The notes below the pieces were generated by a model. The model was not told the origin of the DNA. It was given only the letters and a program-made list of their open reading frames with translations, and made no database searches. A DNA stretch of 64,000 bases, from NCBI RefSeq assembly GCF_006345805.1, contig NC_042997.1, positions 81,778,001-81,842,000 on the forward strand, in the 5' to 3' direction. This document shows positions 11,761 through 24,559 of this stretch, piece by piece. The position numbers were made by a program, and so were the translations under genes. Within the stretch, counting starts at the first letter, position 1; every line of letters begins with the position of its first letter. Source of the DNA: Octopus sinensis. Its lineage: Eukaryota.

Positions 11761-12508
11761 CCTGCAGTTTAAGGAAGGGGATAATCTATTAAATCGCCCC
11801 CTGTACTTCACTGATACCGTTAGGGTGGAAGATAGTAAGACAACGATGATCACAAGGCAGGAATTGAACACAAGGTAAACAGCCAAAATATATTCACTAA
11901 TTAAAGCCATAGAATATAACTGTTCCCTTCCCTTTTAATTCCACTTACATTATTTTCTTTATACTCAACCACAATCCCATACTCATGTCCCACACACCAA
12001 ATCATACACCTCATGTATAATTTCTATAAATAAAGGCCTTCGAAAATATTCTGCAAAGATGACTTAACTTTCTAGGCTCAGGTTTTTCAAAGTGGATTCT
12101 ATGAAAAAATTTTAGGTTCGCAGATATAAGGCATATTTCAATAAAATTTTCAAAAGGACTAAAGGGTAGTTAAAAAGCTAGCTGTGCAACCAGTTGCTTT
12201 TGGGTTCAGTTCCACTGCGCACACATTGTGCAAGCGTCTTCTACTATAAGCCCGGACCTTCCAGTGCCTTGTGAGGGCATTTGATAGTTGGAAACTCTGT
12301 GGAAGCTTATCATTTCAGTCATTTGACTGCGGCAATGCTATAGCACTGTCTTTAGTCAAAGAAATCGACCCTAGGACTTATTATTTGTTAGCCTAGTACT
12401 TATTCTATTGTTCTCTTTGATGAACCACTAAGTTTTGGGGACATAAACACAACATCAGTTGTCAAGCGATGGCGGAAGGACAAACACAGACACATATACA
12501 TATATATG

Positions 12509-12563
<55 letters not shown>

Positions 12564-12769
12564 GACAGGCTTCTTTCAGTTTTCATCCATCAAATCCACT
12601 CACAAGGCTTTGATTGTATGTATCTTGGGTGTCTCGGGAAAAATAAGTTGACAAAAGCACAGCCATGATCATGACGAATGTCCTCCTAAAATTGGAGTGA
12701 CATGCATGCTAATTTGTGGACACGCATAAAATACATTCACATACACACACACACACACATATATATGAT

Positions 12770-13250
12770 GGTCGTCCACTCGTGATCAAGGAAGACCATT
12801 GCTGACCTTCAGGAACATTGTGCACTCTAGGACTAACTTATATTTTGCATATGCAGCTCTATTGGTGGCTAATGAGCCCTGCTCTTGACAAGCATACATG
12901 ACTGCAAACATTGCAAACCAAGCTTTCCCCATTCACTACACCAGCAGTGCACTTTTGAGCTGCATGCTTAAGTTCTTCATGCAGAATACATGCTCTCTCA
13001 AAAGTATCAACTCCCTCCTTAACCTGCTTCCTCCATTTGTGGCAATGACAGGCATTGTTCTCCCAGTCAGTCTCCTGCATATCCCAGGCCTTCAATGAGG
13101 ACCTGACACAGTCCTTAAATCGCAGCCTTGGTTTCTACTGAGGTCTCTTTCCATTCACAAGTTCCCCATATGGCATCTGCTTAGGGATCCTACTATCCTT
13201 CATTCAAATAAGGTGTCCAGTCCAATGTAACCAGTGCTTGTGCACCATCA
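12770..13250 (-). mobile_element. RTE-clade LINE 3' fragment
   Basis: HWLHWTGHLI, W..LK....DWENNA and C-terminal CNVCSHVCLSRAGLISH. Confidence 0.75.
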
Positions 13251-13254
13251 CCTC

Positions 13255-13326
<72 letters not shown>

Positions 13327-13332
13327 TATATA

Positions 13333-13366
<34 letters not shown>

Positions 13367-13689
13367 CACTTCCGGCTTCGTAGAGTAAACACGTGTTGTC
13401 TTGCTCTGCGATAAAAAAACAAGAAGGGTTGCATATAAGTCGACGAAATAATTTGGCGAACACTCACAAAAAACTATTATTACCTTATAGACGTATACTT
13501 GGACATTTTGTTTAAAAACCGCAATATATTTTGCCACAAGTCAAGTATTGTTCACTTGTGCTCGCAACACACACAAGATTTCTCCCTGTCGAAAAAGCAC
13601 ATGGAATCTTCTAAATTTATTTCCAGTCGACTCAAATAGCAAAAGGAAAAAAGAAAACCTCTTCGTATATCTTTAATAAGATAAGTAAT

Positions 13690-13996
13690 CGAATTCTTGT
13701 TTATATCTCCGTAAATTCTTGTTTTATCGTTAATTCCGGCATATCTATCCTAAATATAAAAATATTATTTGTCACATGCGTGTATATATCTGTATGTATA
13801 TGTATATGTGTATCGAATTCTTGTTTATATCTCCGTAAATTCTTGTTTTATCGTTAATTCCGGCATATCTATCCTAAATATAAATATATTATTTGTCACA
13901 TGCGTGTATATATCTGTATGTATATGTATATGTGTATCGAATTCTTGTTTATATCTCCGTAAATTCTTGTTTTACCGTTAATTCCGGTATATCTAT
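13690..13996. repeat. 124-bp tandem repeat, about 2.5 near-identical copies
   Basis: cgaattcttgtttatatctcc recurs at 13690, 13814 and 13938. Confidence 0.95.
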
Positions 13997-14698
13997 GTGT
14001 ATGTATATGTGTGTGTTAGAAGTATAGTCGCAATTAGTTTTATTTTAGAAGACATTGTCTGTAGCGACGGACAAATATATATTCTCTTTTCTCTTTTTCT
14101 CTGCCTAAATTCTGTAAAATCTCTTGGATTGTTTTCTTTCAGCTATTTTATTATTATTATTATTGTTTCTTTATATACTCACTTGGTACTATTGTTTATA
14201 TATGTGCATGTGCACACATGTGTATATGTGTGTATATATATGTATGTGTGCGCGTGTATGTGTGTGTACAAATAGCTTCGTTTAGAATTCTCCCCTCTCT
14301 GTCTGTCTCTTCAGTTCTCTCCCTCACGCTTCTCCTTGTCTCTTCATAACTCTCTTCTATCTTACTCCCCTCTTTCAAATATATAAATTCTCTCTATATT
14401 TCTTCCTTCTCTCCCTATCTCTTCAGTTTCTCTCCCGCTTCTCCTTGTCTCTCCATTACTCTCTTCTATCTTACTCTCCTCTCTCGGATACATATAAGGA
14501 CATAGACGCTTTCTCTCTCTTCCTTCAGCTCTCAGTCTCTCCACTTCCTCTTCTCTCTTACTCTCGGCTCCCAATTTCTCCTTAAGTACATAGACGCTCT
14601 CTTTCTCTATTTCCTCCCTACCCCCTATTGCACTATTAGATTAATATAAATTAATATAATATAATTAGATAGATAGATAGATAGATAAAATATCAAGA

Positions 14699-15589
14699 AT
14701 GTCCAGAACCTGGAAACGTGACGAACTGGCGTGGTTCCTGCGAGGGTGGCAATGCGCTGACGGAGAAAATCCAAATAATATAATTACGGCTGCGCTGAAG
14801 AACAACGGATACAAAAGGACGTCAGCTCAAATAGAGCGGAAGAAGCAAGAATTTATACGCTCCTACGCACTTGTCAGATTGCACATTAACACGCTGGATG
14901 CCATTTTTGACAGCGAAAAACGCGAACAAAGTAAAGATGGCAAGGATAGAGACGCGGGCGCTGATGAGGAGGGTCACCCCCACCTGGTAGACGCCCAGGA
15001 AGAAAACTCCAGTGAGAGGCCTGCCCGGGAGATGAACCCAGGTGCGGATGCTCCTACCAGCACCAAAAGCCATGGACATGGAGATGAAAAAACCAAAAAA
15101 GGAAGAAAAACTGAAGCTAAAACTCAGACAAAGCCAAGGGGCAAGGCAGCCAAGGATAGAGGCAAACCTAACTATCCATATGCCAAAAAGGATGGAAATA
15201 AGCAGCGCACACGGGTATGTAGGTTCTACCTGAAAGGTGCCTGCCGGCATGGAGAGGAAGATGCAGGCTGCCGCTTTGCACATCCGGGACCCTGCCACAG
15301 AAACCAACCACCGAAAGGAAATGGGATGGACCACGCATCACCTGCCCCAAAACGGAGGTACGCAGATGTGGTGCGTACCACAAACCACCAACGTGTTGTT
15401 GAAAGGGCAGCTGCTGAGCAGGAATCTTTTTTGTGCATGGCACAAAAGATTGTACAGCAGCTAACATGGCTCCATCAGGCTCAGGCTCGCAGATGGAACT
15501 GCCCACAGTTCACAAGACCGCCACAGCAGATGGACCCAGGGTGGACACCGCCGGCAACAGCATACACCTCACCTCGATGCTCCTACTGA
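14699..15589 (+). CDS. LINE ORF1, 296 aa: Myb/SANT-like (trihelix) N-terminus, low-complexity linker, CCCH zinc finger
   Basis: W...E...F...W...ITAALKNNGYKRTSAQIERKKQEFIRSY; CRFYLKGACRHGEEDAGCRFAH (C-x7-C-x8-C-x3-H). Open frame; the stop overlaps the ORF2 ATG by 13 nt. Confidence 0.75.
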   Translation: MSRTWKRDELAWFLRGWQCADGENPNNIITAALKNNGYKRTSAQIERKKQEFIRSYALVRLHINTLDAIFDSEKREQSKDGKDRDAGADEEGHPHLVDAQEENSSERPAREMNPGADAPTSTKSHGHGDEKTKKGRKTEAKTQTKPRGKAAKDRGKPNYPYAKKDGNKQRTRVCRFYLKGACRHGEEDAGCRFAHPGPCHRNQPPKGNGMDHASPAPKRRYADVVRTTNHQRVVERAAAEQESFLCMAQKIVQQLTWLHQAQARRWNCPQFTRPPQQMDPGWTPPATAYTSPRCSY

Positions 15590-18489
15590 ACATCAGAGGA
15601 CTACTAACACACAGTAACAGGACAAAAGTCCCGTTCCTGAGAGACTTTGTCGCATGCAATCAAGCCTTATGCATAGCACTCACGGAAACGCATCTGAAAC
15701 CGGACATAGCGGATGCGGAATTACACATACCACAGTATGTTGTACTATGGACCGACAGAAAAGAAAGGAGTCATGGAGGAGTTGCTATGTACATCCGTGG
15801 GGACCTCACACCCCAGGTCCTTTTGTCATACTCAAACTCGGTGTGTGACACACTAATTGTACACATAAGGCAACTTGATGTAGTTGTGTGTGCTACATAT
15901 CGCCCTCCAGATGCCCCAAGTCATATGGGCAAGTTTGAGGACTGCCTTTTAAAAATAGAAGAAGTTCTAATCCCATTAGAACAACACATAAGTGTACTTC
16001 TCATGGGAGACTTCAATCTACCCAATGTCAGATGGCCCGAGGGCCTTTCTTTCCCAGGAATGACAAGATGTAACGAGGACACGAGGTCCCTCCTGAATCT
16101 CATCAACACCCCTGTACATGGAGCAAGTAATACTCCAACCAACCAGAGCAGGTAACACACTGGATCTCTGCTTCACAAATAATATGGATCTCATCCATAA
16201 TGTGAAAGTGACACCGACACTACTCTCGGATCACAACATGGTAGAGCTGATCATGTACGGGCCAAAAGAGAGCACGGACATGCAGCCTACAAGAAACCCT
16301 CAGAATCTTTCCAGCTTGAACTTCAATAAGGCAAACTGGAAACAAATTGAGAAAGAGATCCTCAAACAAAACTGGCCTGAATGTCTCTCCTCGCCGGACA
16401 TTGACATGATACTTCAACAATTCATGTCTGTAATGCAAGCCATATGCTACAAATGTGTCCCAGAGAGAAAGGCCACTGTACACAAGAACAAAATCCCCAG
16501 AGAGAGGAAAATTTTAATGAGACGGCGTACAAAAATTTCAAATCGCCTAAACAAACAAATGAAAGCAGTGAAAAGTCCCGCCTGAAAATAAACTGTTGGA
16601 AATTGAAAATTGTCTGCAACTCTCCCATGAGAAGGAAAGAGCAGACAAAGAACCTGGGCTATAGACAACATAAAAACTAACCCCAGAGCTTTCTACAGGT
16701 ATGCCAAAGAAACAGCTACGGTGCACTGTAGGATAGGGCCACTCCTTGAAAAGGATGGCACACTCACAGGAAAACCAATGAGGGTAAGTGAAATACTGAA
16801 TGAACAATTCAAGAGTGTTTTCACTCCACCCCTTGGGCATTTCCAAATCAGCAATCCAACTGACTTCTTTACCACTGCAGATATAGAATCAGAGGCGGCG
16901 ACGATAAATTACATCGATATAAAGGAAGACGATGTAATAAAGGCTATAGATGAAATGAAAACAGACTCAGCTATTGGCCCCGATGGATTCCGGCAATCCT
17001 CCTAAAAGTATGTAAGAGAGTCCTAGCAAGACCACTGCAGTTCCTCTTTCAGAGCTTCCTTGCAGCTGGCAAACTTCCAAGAAAACTGAAGGAAGGTAAA
17101 ATATGCCCTATTCATAAAGGAGGTAGCAGAGCGGAGGCCAAGAACTACAGACCTATCTCTCTGACCTCACACATCAGCAAGGTCATGGAACGAATAGTCA
17201 GAAGGAAACTAATCACCTTCCTTGAAGAAAATGACTTGCTGCCTGACACCCAACATGGTTTCCGACCAGGGAGAAGCTGCTTAACTCAGCTCCTGCAGCA
17301 CTATGACTGGGTGCTGAAACAACTGCTCAACCACTCAAATGTGGAAGTCATATATCTCGACTTCGCAAAGGCCTTCGATAAAGTCGATCATGGAATGATA
17401 TGTCACAAACTGCGTGATCTTGGCATAGTTGGAAAACTAGGAGAATGGCTTCATGACTTTCTGAAGAATAGAAGTCAGGTGGTAGCAAATAGTGAGCGGT
17501 GTTCCGCAGGGCACTGTTTTGGGACCACTACTGTTCATAATGGCCCTCTCAGCCACGCGGAGAGCCACGATCACAAGTTATGCAGATGATACAAAAGTTT
17601 CACAGGCAATACAGAACCCTGAAGACACTAAGCACCTGCAATGTGAGCTGGACGAAATATACAAGTGGGCTGAAAAGAATAGCATGCAGTTCAATGCTGG
17701 AAAGTTTCAAGCTTTATACTATCAGCATGCAAAACTGAATGCAATACCCAATGAATACACTGGACCCGGAGGAATTGCAATCCCAGAGGCACAATCAGTG
17801 CGTGACCTGGGTATTCACATGAGTGATGACGCGACCTTTCATGTACATGTTGCTAAACTGACAATGAAATGTAGACGGCTGGCTGGATGGATTCTTAGAA
17901 CCTTTAGACAAGAGAACAAGAAACCATGATGGTCCTCTGGAAGACACTTGTCCTAAGCCACTTTGACTATTGCTCTCAGCTATGGTCACCATCCAGTGTC
18001 AAGTTGATCACAGAACTTGAGGCGATCCAACGAAGCTACACGAAGAAGATAGCCTCTGTGCAGCATACGAGCTACTGGGAGAGACTCAAGAGATTAAAGC
18101 TCTATTCCCTGGAGCGTAGGCGAGAAAGATATGCCATAATATATATCTGGAAGATCCTGGAAGGTCTTGTCCCAGACTTTGGCATCGAGAGTCACACAAA
18201 TGCCAGAACCAGACGCCACTGCGTAGTACCAAGGACTCCAAATTTGCCATCAAGGTGTAGGACAAGATATTGTGATAGCCTGGGCTTCAGAGGCCCACGG
18301 CTCTTCAATATCCTCCCAAAGAACCTGAGGGACCTGCATGGTGTAGATGCCGATGTCTTTAAAGTAGGACTGGATCTCTTCTTGTCAGGTGTCTCGGATG
18401 AACCAACTTCACGGCAGGAAGTGCAGATGAGGGCAGCTGCATCGAACTCTCTCATGCATCAGATGGCGTTTGCTAAAAAGCATCCGTGA
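15577..18489 (+). pseudogene. LINE ORF2 (AP endonuclease + reverse transcriptase), several frameshifts
   Basis: LNIRGL, LTETHL, GGVAMY, YRPP, MGDFNLP, NYRPISLTS, QHGFRPGRSC, YLDFAKAFDKVDH, GVPQGTVLGPLLF, YADDTK, YWERLKRLKLYSLERRRERY. Confidence 0.92.
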
Positions 18490-18579
18490 GGTAAAACCGT
18501 GTAGCAAACCAAATGGCGGTGCCCCAGCATGGCCACAGCTCATTAGCTGAAACTGGAAAAATCAAAATCAAAAATCAAA

Positions 18580-18617
<38 letters not shown>

Positions 18618-18619
18618 TA

Positions 18620-19840
18620 TCATCATCATCATCAGTTAACATCCGCTTTCCATGCTGGCATGGGTTGGATGGCTTGACTGGGGATTGGTGAGCCAGATGG
18701 CTGCACCAGGTTCCAATCTGATCTGGTAGAGTTTCTACAGCTGGATGCCCTTCCTAATGCCAATCACTCCGAGAGTGTAGTGGGTGTTTTTATGTGCCAC
18801 CAGCATGAGGGCCAGTCAGGTGGTACTGGCAACAGCCATGCTCAAATGGTGTTTATTCTTGTAACCTGCACAGGAGCCAGTCCAGCAGCACTGGTAGCGC
18901 CCTCGCTCGAATGCTGTTTTTCATGTACCACCGGCACAAATGCCAGTGAGTGACGCTGGTAATGATCATGCTCAAATGGTGCTTTTTACGTGCCACTGGC
19001 ACGGGGCCAGTCAGTGACCCTGGCAACAATCACGCTTGGATAGTGCTCTTAGCTTTTACTCTGACCTAGAGGCCCTTTGTCACCAGCAGAGTTAGGAGCT
19101 CTCTGAACTTTGTCCAGGCTATTCTTATTCTAGCAGCTACACTTCCAGAGCACCCACCCCCGCTACTAACTGGGTCACCTAGGTAACAGAAGCTATCAAC
19201 TACTTCTAGTTTTTCTCCCTGGAATGTTGCAGAAGTTGTTCTCTGCACATTTTCAGTGTTTATTGCTCCTGAGCATCTGTCACATACAAAAACTATCTTC
19301 CTAGTTAGCCTTCCTTTGATATTGCTGCACTTCTTATGTGTCCATAGCTTACACTGGGTACATCATATAGAGTCTCTACCTACGCCTTTTCTACAGATCG
19401 AGCAGAGCCATCTATCTGAAGGAATTTGTGATTTGTCTACCTTCCTACTTATTAGGACTTTGGTTTTAGCTAGGTTGACTCTAAGGCTCTTCGATTCTAA
19501 TCTTTGTTTCTCCTCTAGTTCTGATAGTGACTCAGGAATTAGAGCAAGGTCATCAGCATAGAGGAGCTCCCAGGGGCATCCTGTCTTGAATTCTTCTGTT
19601 ATTGCCAGGTGGACTATGATAAATAGGAGGGGGCTGAGGACTGAACCTTGGTGGACCCCTACCTCTACTCGGAATTCTTCACTGTACTCATTGCCAACCT
19701 TCACCTTACTGATAGCATACCTGTACATGGCTCACACAGGTCTCACTAACCATTCATCTATACCTAGTTTCCTCATTGACCACCAGATTAGGGATTGGGG
19801 GACCCTGTCAAAGGCTTTCTCCATGTCAACGAAACCCATA
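18620..19840 (-). mobile_element. 5'-truncated RTE LINE with internal deletion
   Basis: VGVHQGSVLSPLLF, YADDLAL and PHD-like Cys cluster on the minus strand, plus the RTE 3' UTR and tail. Same family as 31836 and 46640. Confidence 0.9.
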
Positions 19841-19849
19841 TGTATATAT

Positions 19850-20050
19850 ATATAAGTGTGTCTTTGTCCCGCGACCATCGTTTCACAACTGATGTTGGTG
19901 TGTTTAGTCCCTGTAACTTAGCAGTTCAGCAAAAGAGTCTGACAGATCAAATACTAGGCTTACAAACAATAAGTTCTGGGGTCGATTTGATCGACTAAAG
20001 GCGGTGCTCCAACATGGCCACAGTCATATAACTGAAACAGGTAAACAAAT
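19850..20050 (+). mobile_element. SINE family A, 3' half
   Basis: Tail ggcggtgctccaacatggccacagtcatataactgaaac. Confidence 0.8.
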
Positions 20051-20283
20051 AAAAGGATAAAAGAATATACATTAATACAGCAAACTTACTTGGATTACAG
20101 CAAACTTACTCAGATTACATAGACTCAAAGAGGGGAGAAGGTATGGTGTTGCAAGACTGAGAGCTGTTTCTGAAGGCTCGGAGTTACTTCATAATGTCTC
20201 CAGAAATTTGCAACCAGTAATGGATCGCTCTCTCTCTCTCTCTCTCTTGATACACACACACAAGCGCACACACACACACACAT

Positions 20284-20317
<34 letters not shown>

Positions 20318-20496
20318 CAAATGAATAATAACATACAATGGATAACTGTCAGCTCATGACAGTTGTTTCTTTCGTAAACATCTTACATCCGTGCAAGCTT
20401 CAAGCTAAAGGCTTCCAGCATCATCTATGCTTGCTTTTGTTGCCAGCTGCTCATTGCTGATGGATTTGAGATTAGATGATGATGATGATGATGATG

Positions 20497-20785
20497 ATAA
20501 TTCACCTCAAGAAACTTGGATGTTTCATTCAACATCCTTAAATAACCCTTATTCAGGGACCTTTTGAGCAGGATGGGCTAATCGACCTGAAGAAAATTCT
20601 AATTGGGCCCCACCTGCAAGGTCATGTATTGTTAATACTTGATATGAGATCACCATGTCGCGCACATAAGGTTGTGATGCATATGCCTGGTGTACCCTTA
20701 TCAGACATGTAGCCATGATGGGTATACTGGGCTTTGTGTATTTTACCATAGTGACATTTTCATGGCATGCACTGCTCTCTCACTC

Positions 20786-20790
<5 letters not shown>
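20497..20790 (+). mobile_element. Unclassified repeat X ending in (TAA)n
   Basis: Homologous to the minus-strand copy at 59640-59940. Confidence 0.7.
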
Positions 20791-20823
<33 letters not shown>

Positions 20824-20874
20824 TAATAAATAGGGGGAGGAGGAAGAGGAGACGAAGAAGAAGAAGAAGAAGAA

Positions 20875-23640
20875 AATGATTGCCAGCATTAAAAGGCAGA
20901 AGGAAGCAACAAGAAGTGACTAGGAAAGTAGATTCTGTTATCAGGAGGATAGATACTAAAAATATAGAAGACACTGACTTATTGATCTATGCAGGAGGGG
21001 TAGTAGTCACCAGGAGATTAAATATCTCACAGAGAAATATTTAAAAAGAGTAAATATGGAAAAGGAGACTACAAATTAAAGTGGAGACTTTAAGGCAAGA
21101 TCTGAGTAGAATAGAAACACAAGAAGCAAATCTTCCCTTGAGAAAAGATATTTAGTCAAAGAGAAAGGATTTGGGACAGTTACAGAAGAATTGAAACAGT
21201 GTATCATAGCAGTTGCAGGCAAGCTCTCCAGATATCAGAAAAGAATGGATGAGTATCAACCGAAGAGATTATTTGAGACAGACCAGAGAAGATTTTATAA
21301 CCAAATAAATAGTGGAGAACAAAGTGCTGGAGATGCAGTATGGTTAAAGAAAGTGAGGGAAGAAGTAGTGAGTGAGAAGTAGTCAGATCTAAGATTAACT
21401 AGTGCATTAATGAGTAAAATATTAGGAAATATGCCAAATTGGAAGGGCCCCGGACCAGATTTAGTTCAAAGGTACTGGCTAAAGAAATTTAGTTAACATG
21501 GGAGGCTGAGGGAACAACTTCAGGATTGCCTTAATGGAAGTATAATACCAGATTGGATGACTAGAGGGAGGACAATACGCATTATGAAGGATAAGAGCAA
21601 GGGTAATACAGCTAGCAACTATAGACCAATCACTTGCTTGTCATTAGTGTTGAAGCTATTAACAGGAATGCTTTCAGAAAGCATTTACGAGCAACTTGAC
21701 AATCAGAGTTTACTACCAGAAAAACATAAAGGTTGTAGAAAGAAGGCTAGAGGAATGCATGATCTATTATATATGGACAAAGCAGTTCTAAATGAAGTAA
21801 AAGTTAGAAAGAAAAAACTAACAATAGCATGAATAGATTATAGGAAAACCTCTGACATGATCCCACACTCACAGAGAAGTGAATGTTTGAGTATATTCAG
21901 TATAATAGCCAACATATGAGAATTAATTAGCTTTAGCATGAAAAAATGGAAAGTAGATCTATACTCAGGTGACACACTCTTAGGGAAAGTTAATATCAAA
22001 AGAGAAATTTTCCAAGGGGTGCTGGTTGTCCCCTTTAATATTTGTTCTATGTTTGATCTCCCTCAGTTTAATATTAAGGAAGGCCAAGGCAGGGTATCAG
22101 TTCAGAAATAGTAATGGAAAAATTGACCATTTGCTCCACATGGATGATCTGAAGCTTTTTATTAAGAATGAATAAGAGATTGATTCCTTAATACAAACTG
22201 TAAGACTCTTCAGCAAAGATATAGGCATGGAATTTGGCATAGATAAGTGTGCAATATTAATCATGAGAAGCGGACAGGTAGTGAACATCGAAAGCATTCA
22301 ATTACCAAATGGCCAGACATTAAAATCATTGAAAGGCAAGAGAGTTATAAGTATCTAGGAGTATTAGAATCTGACAGAGTACAGAAATGAAAATGAAAAT
22401 TGAGAAGTACTTCAGAAGAGTGAGGGAGCTAATGAAGTCAAAGCCAGATGGTTCAAATCTAGTGAAGGCTGTAAATACTTGAGCAGTATCATTACTTAGA
22501 TATTCAGCAGCTTCTGTAGATTGAACAAAATCTGAATTAGCAGGAAGGAATTCAATATGAATGGAGGACTCCACCCAAAGACAGGAGTAGCAAGATTATA
22601 CCTACCTAGAAAGGAAGGTGGAAGAAGGTTAATATCAGTGGAAGACTGCATCGAGTTAGCTAGAGTAGATAGAGACTCCTATATAGGTAATAGTGAAGAA
22701 AGTTTATTAAAAGCTGCTAGAGTCACAGCATGACTTAGGGAAACCAAAACACCAAACGAACTTAAGAATCAAAAAAAAAAAAAGAACAGAAATTATCTAA
22801 CTGGCAGGAGAAGGCATTGTATGGTAGATTCCCAAAGATAGTTTCAGTAAACAGTAGTAATGAAACATGGTTATGGTTGCAGAAAAGAAAGCTGAAGAGG
22901 AAGACAGAAAGTTCGTTAGTAGCTACACACGATCAAGCATTAAGGACTAATTGAATAAAAGCCAAAATAGACAAAAACCAAGTAGATTCCCAATGTAGAT
23001 TATGCAAATGCAAAGAGGAAAGCATTACTCATATAGTAAGTGAATATAGGTAGCATGCTGGCACAGAAAGAATATAAGAAAAGATTGACAATCTAGGAAG
23101 AGCAATCCACTGGGAGCTTTGTAGAAAGCTAGGATTTGAACATACTGATAAATGGTATGAACATGAACCTAGTAAAATATTAGAAAGCAAAAAGTATAAG
23201 ATGTTGTGGGACTTTAAAATTCTGACTGACAGAGTAACAGAAGCTAGAATGCCTGATTTGGAAGTAGTAGATAAGGAGAATTGAAAGTGCCAGATAACTG
23301 ACTTTATAATTCCAAATGATGAAAAAATTAATATGAGAAGTATAGAAAAAATAGCAAAGTACCAGGACCTAGCTATTGATTTACAGAGACTATGGAAAGT
23401 GCAGGTAAAATGTATCTTAGTAGTTATAGGTGCACTGGGAACTTTTCCTAAAGATCTGAATAGATGGATAGAGGAAATAAGCATAAAACCCAGTTTAGTA
23501 CAGCTGTAGAAAACAGAGTTATTAGGGACAGCTAGGATACTTAGGAGGGTTTTTGGCATTTAAGGCAACTTGTTGTAGCCCGATGTTAGGATTCTTTTCT
23601 TTTCCAACAATCTAATTTGTTGAGTGTATATGATGGATAA
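20875..23640 (+). mobile_element. Degenerate Dong/R4-type RLE LINE between (TAA)n tracts
   Basis: SNYRPITCL, HLLHMDDLKL, CRLCK.KEES..HIVS, LWDFKILTD...PD, EKIAKYQDL, VIGALG. (TAA)n on both flanks. Confidence 0.85.
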
Positions 23641-23677
23641 TAATAATAATAATAATGATAATAATAATAATAATAAT

Positions 23678-23717
<40 letters not shown>

Positions 23718-23744
23718 ATAATAATAATAATAATAATTATAAGA

Positions 23745-23779
<35 letters not shown>

Positions 23780-23959
23780 CCACACAAGTAATTGGATACC
23801 AGCTCAGTGAAAAAGAATATGTGTCACACAAGTGCAATGGGCCTCTGCAGAATGTGTGGGAAGAGGGTCGAAAGTGTGACTCACATTGTTAGTGCTTATG
23901 AAAGTCTTGCGCAGAAAGAGTACAAGTGTAGACATGACAAGGTAGACCAAAATCTCCAC

Positions 23960-24302
23960 TGGCTAAGAGACCCACTTTGGTCATGAATGACCATGGGATT
24001 GCACCTAGAAAGTTACTCTCTGAGGCACAAGTCTGGGCAAAGTTGTTTGTGGAAGGCCAGCAGTTGCCCATGCATACCATCCTCCCCTCTCCACACCACC
24101 AATGTTATCCAAGGGAACGGCAAAGGCCAATATAGCATGGCACCAGTGATATCACAACTCATTTCTACAGCTGAGTTAATTGGAGCAACATGAAATAAAG
24201 TGTCTCGCTCAAGAACACAACACGCAGCCTGGTCAGGGAATCGAACCCACAACCTCACGATCGTAAGCTTGACGCTCTAACCACTGAGCCATGTGCCTTC
24301 AC
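23960..24302 (-). mobile_element. tRNA-derived SINE family C
   Basis: Minus strand tggctcagtggttagagc (A box) and ggttcgattcc (B box), then gtgttgtgttcttgagcgagacact. Confidence 0.8.
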
Positions 24303-24559
24303 CATACAGGTTCAAAAATCTAGTATTGGTGGGGAATGAAATTCCCTTAAAACAATAGATATATATTAAGCATGTAGTTTATATCCAGTTAAAAGGAGAA
24401 AAGAAATTTGAGATTAGGAAGATAACAATTATTTATTATTAACAAATTGGTCATTATGTATGTATGTATCTATTTTCAAATTATTATAAATCTTCCACTG
24501 AGGAGGGAGCCAGTTTCCAACAAATATATAAGGCTCCATCTTCGGAATGTAGTTAACAC

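Larger units (their letters stand above)
14680..18580 (+). mobile_element. Near full-length CR1-group LINE (ORF1 + APE/RT ORF2)
   Basis: Two overlapping ORFs. The 3' end ggcggtgccccagcatggccacagctcattagctgaaac is followed by an (aaatc)n tail. Confidence 0.9.

Noticed and set aside
14822-15506. Long antisense ORFs over LINE ORF1
   Set aside because: Shadow frames of a GC-richer coding region with no recognisable motifs.
20385-20500. Possible minus-strand exon (gtaaga donor)
   Set aside because: No good acceptor, and stops in all frames.
24195-24302. tRNA-like sequence with A and B boxes (also 5334, 8142, 2686)
   Set aside because: Continues into SINE bodies and lacks a paired acceptor stem; these are SINE heads, not tRNA genes.
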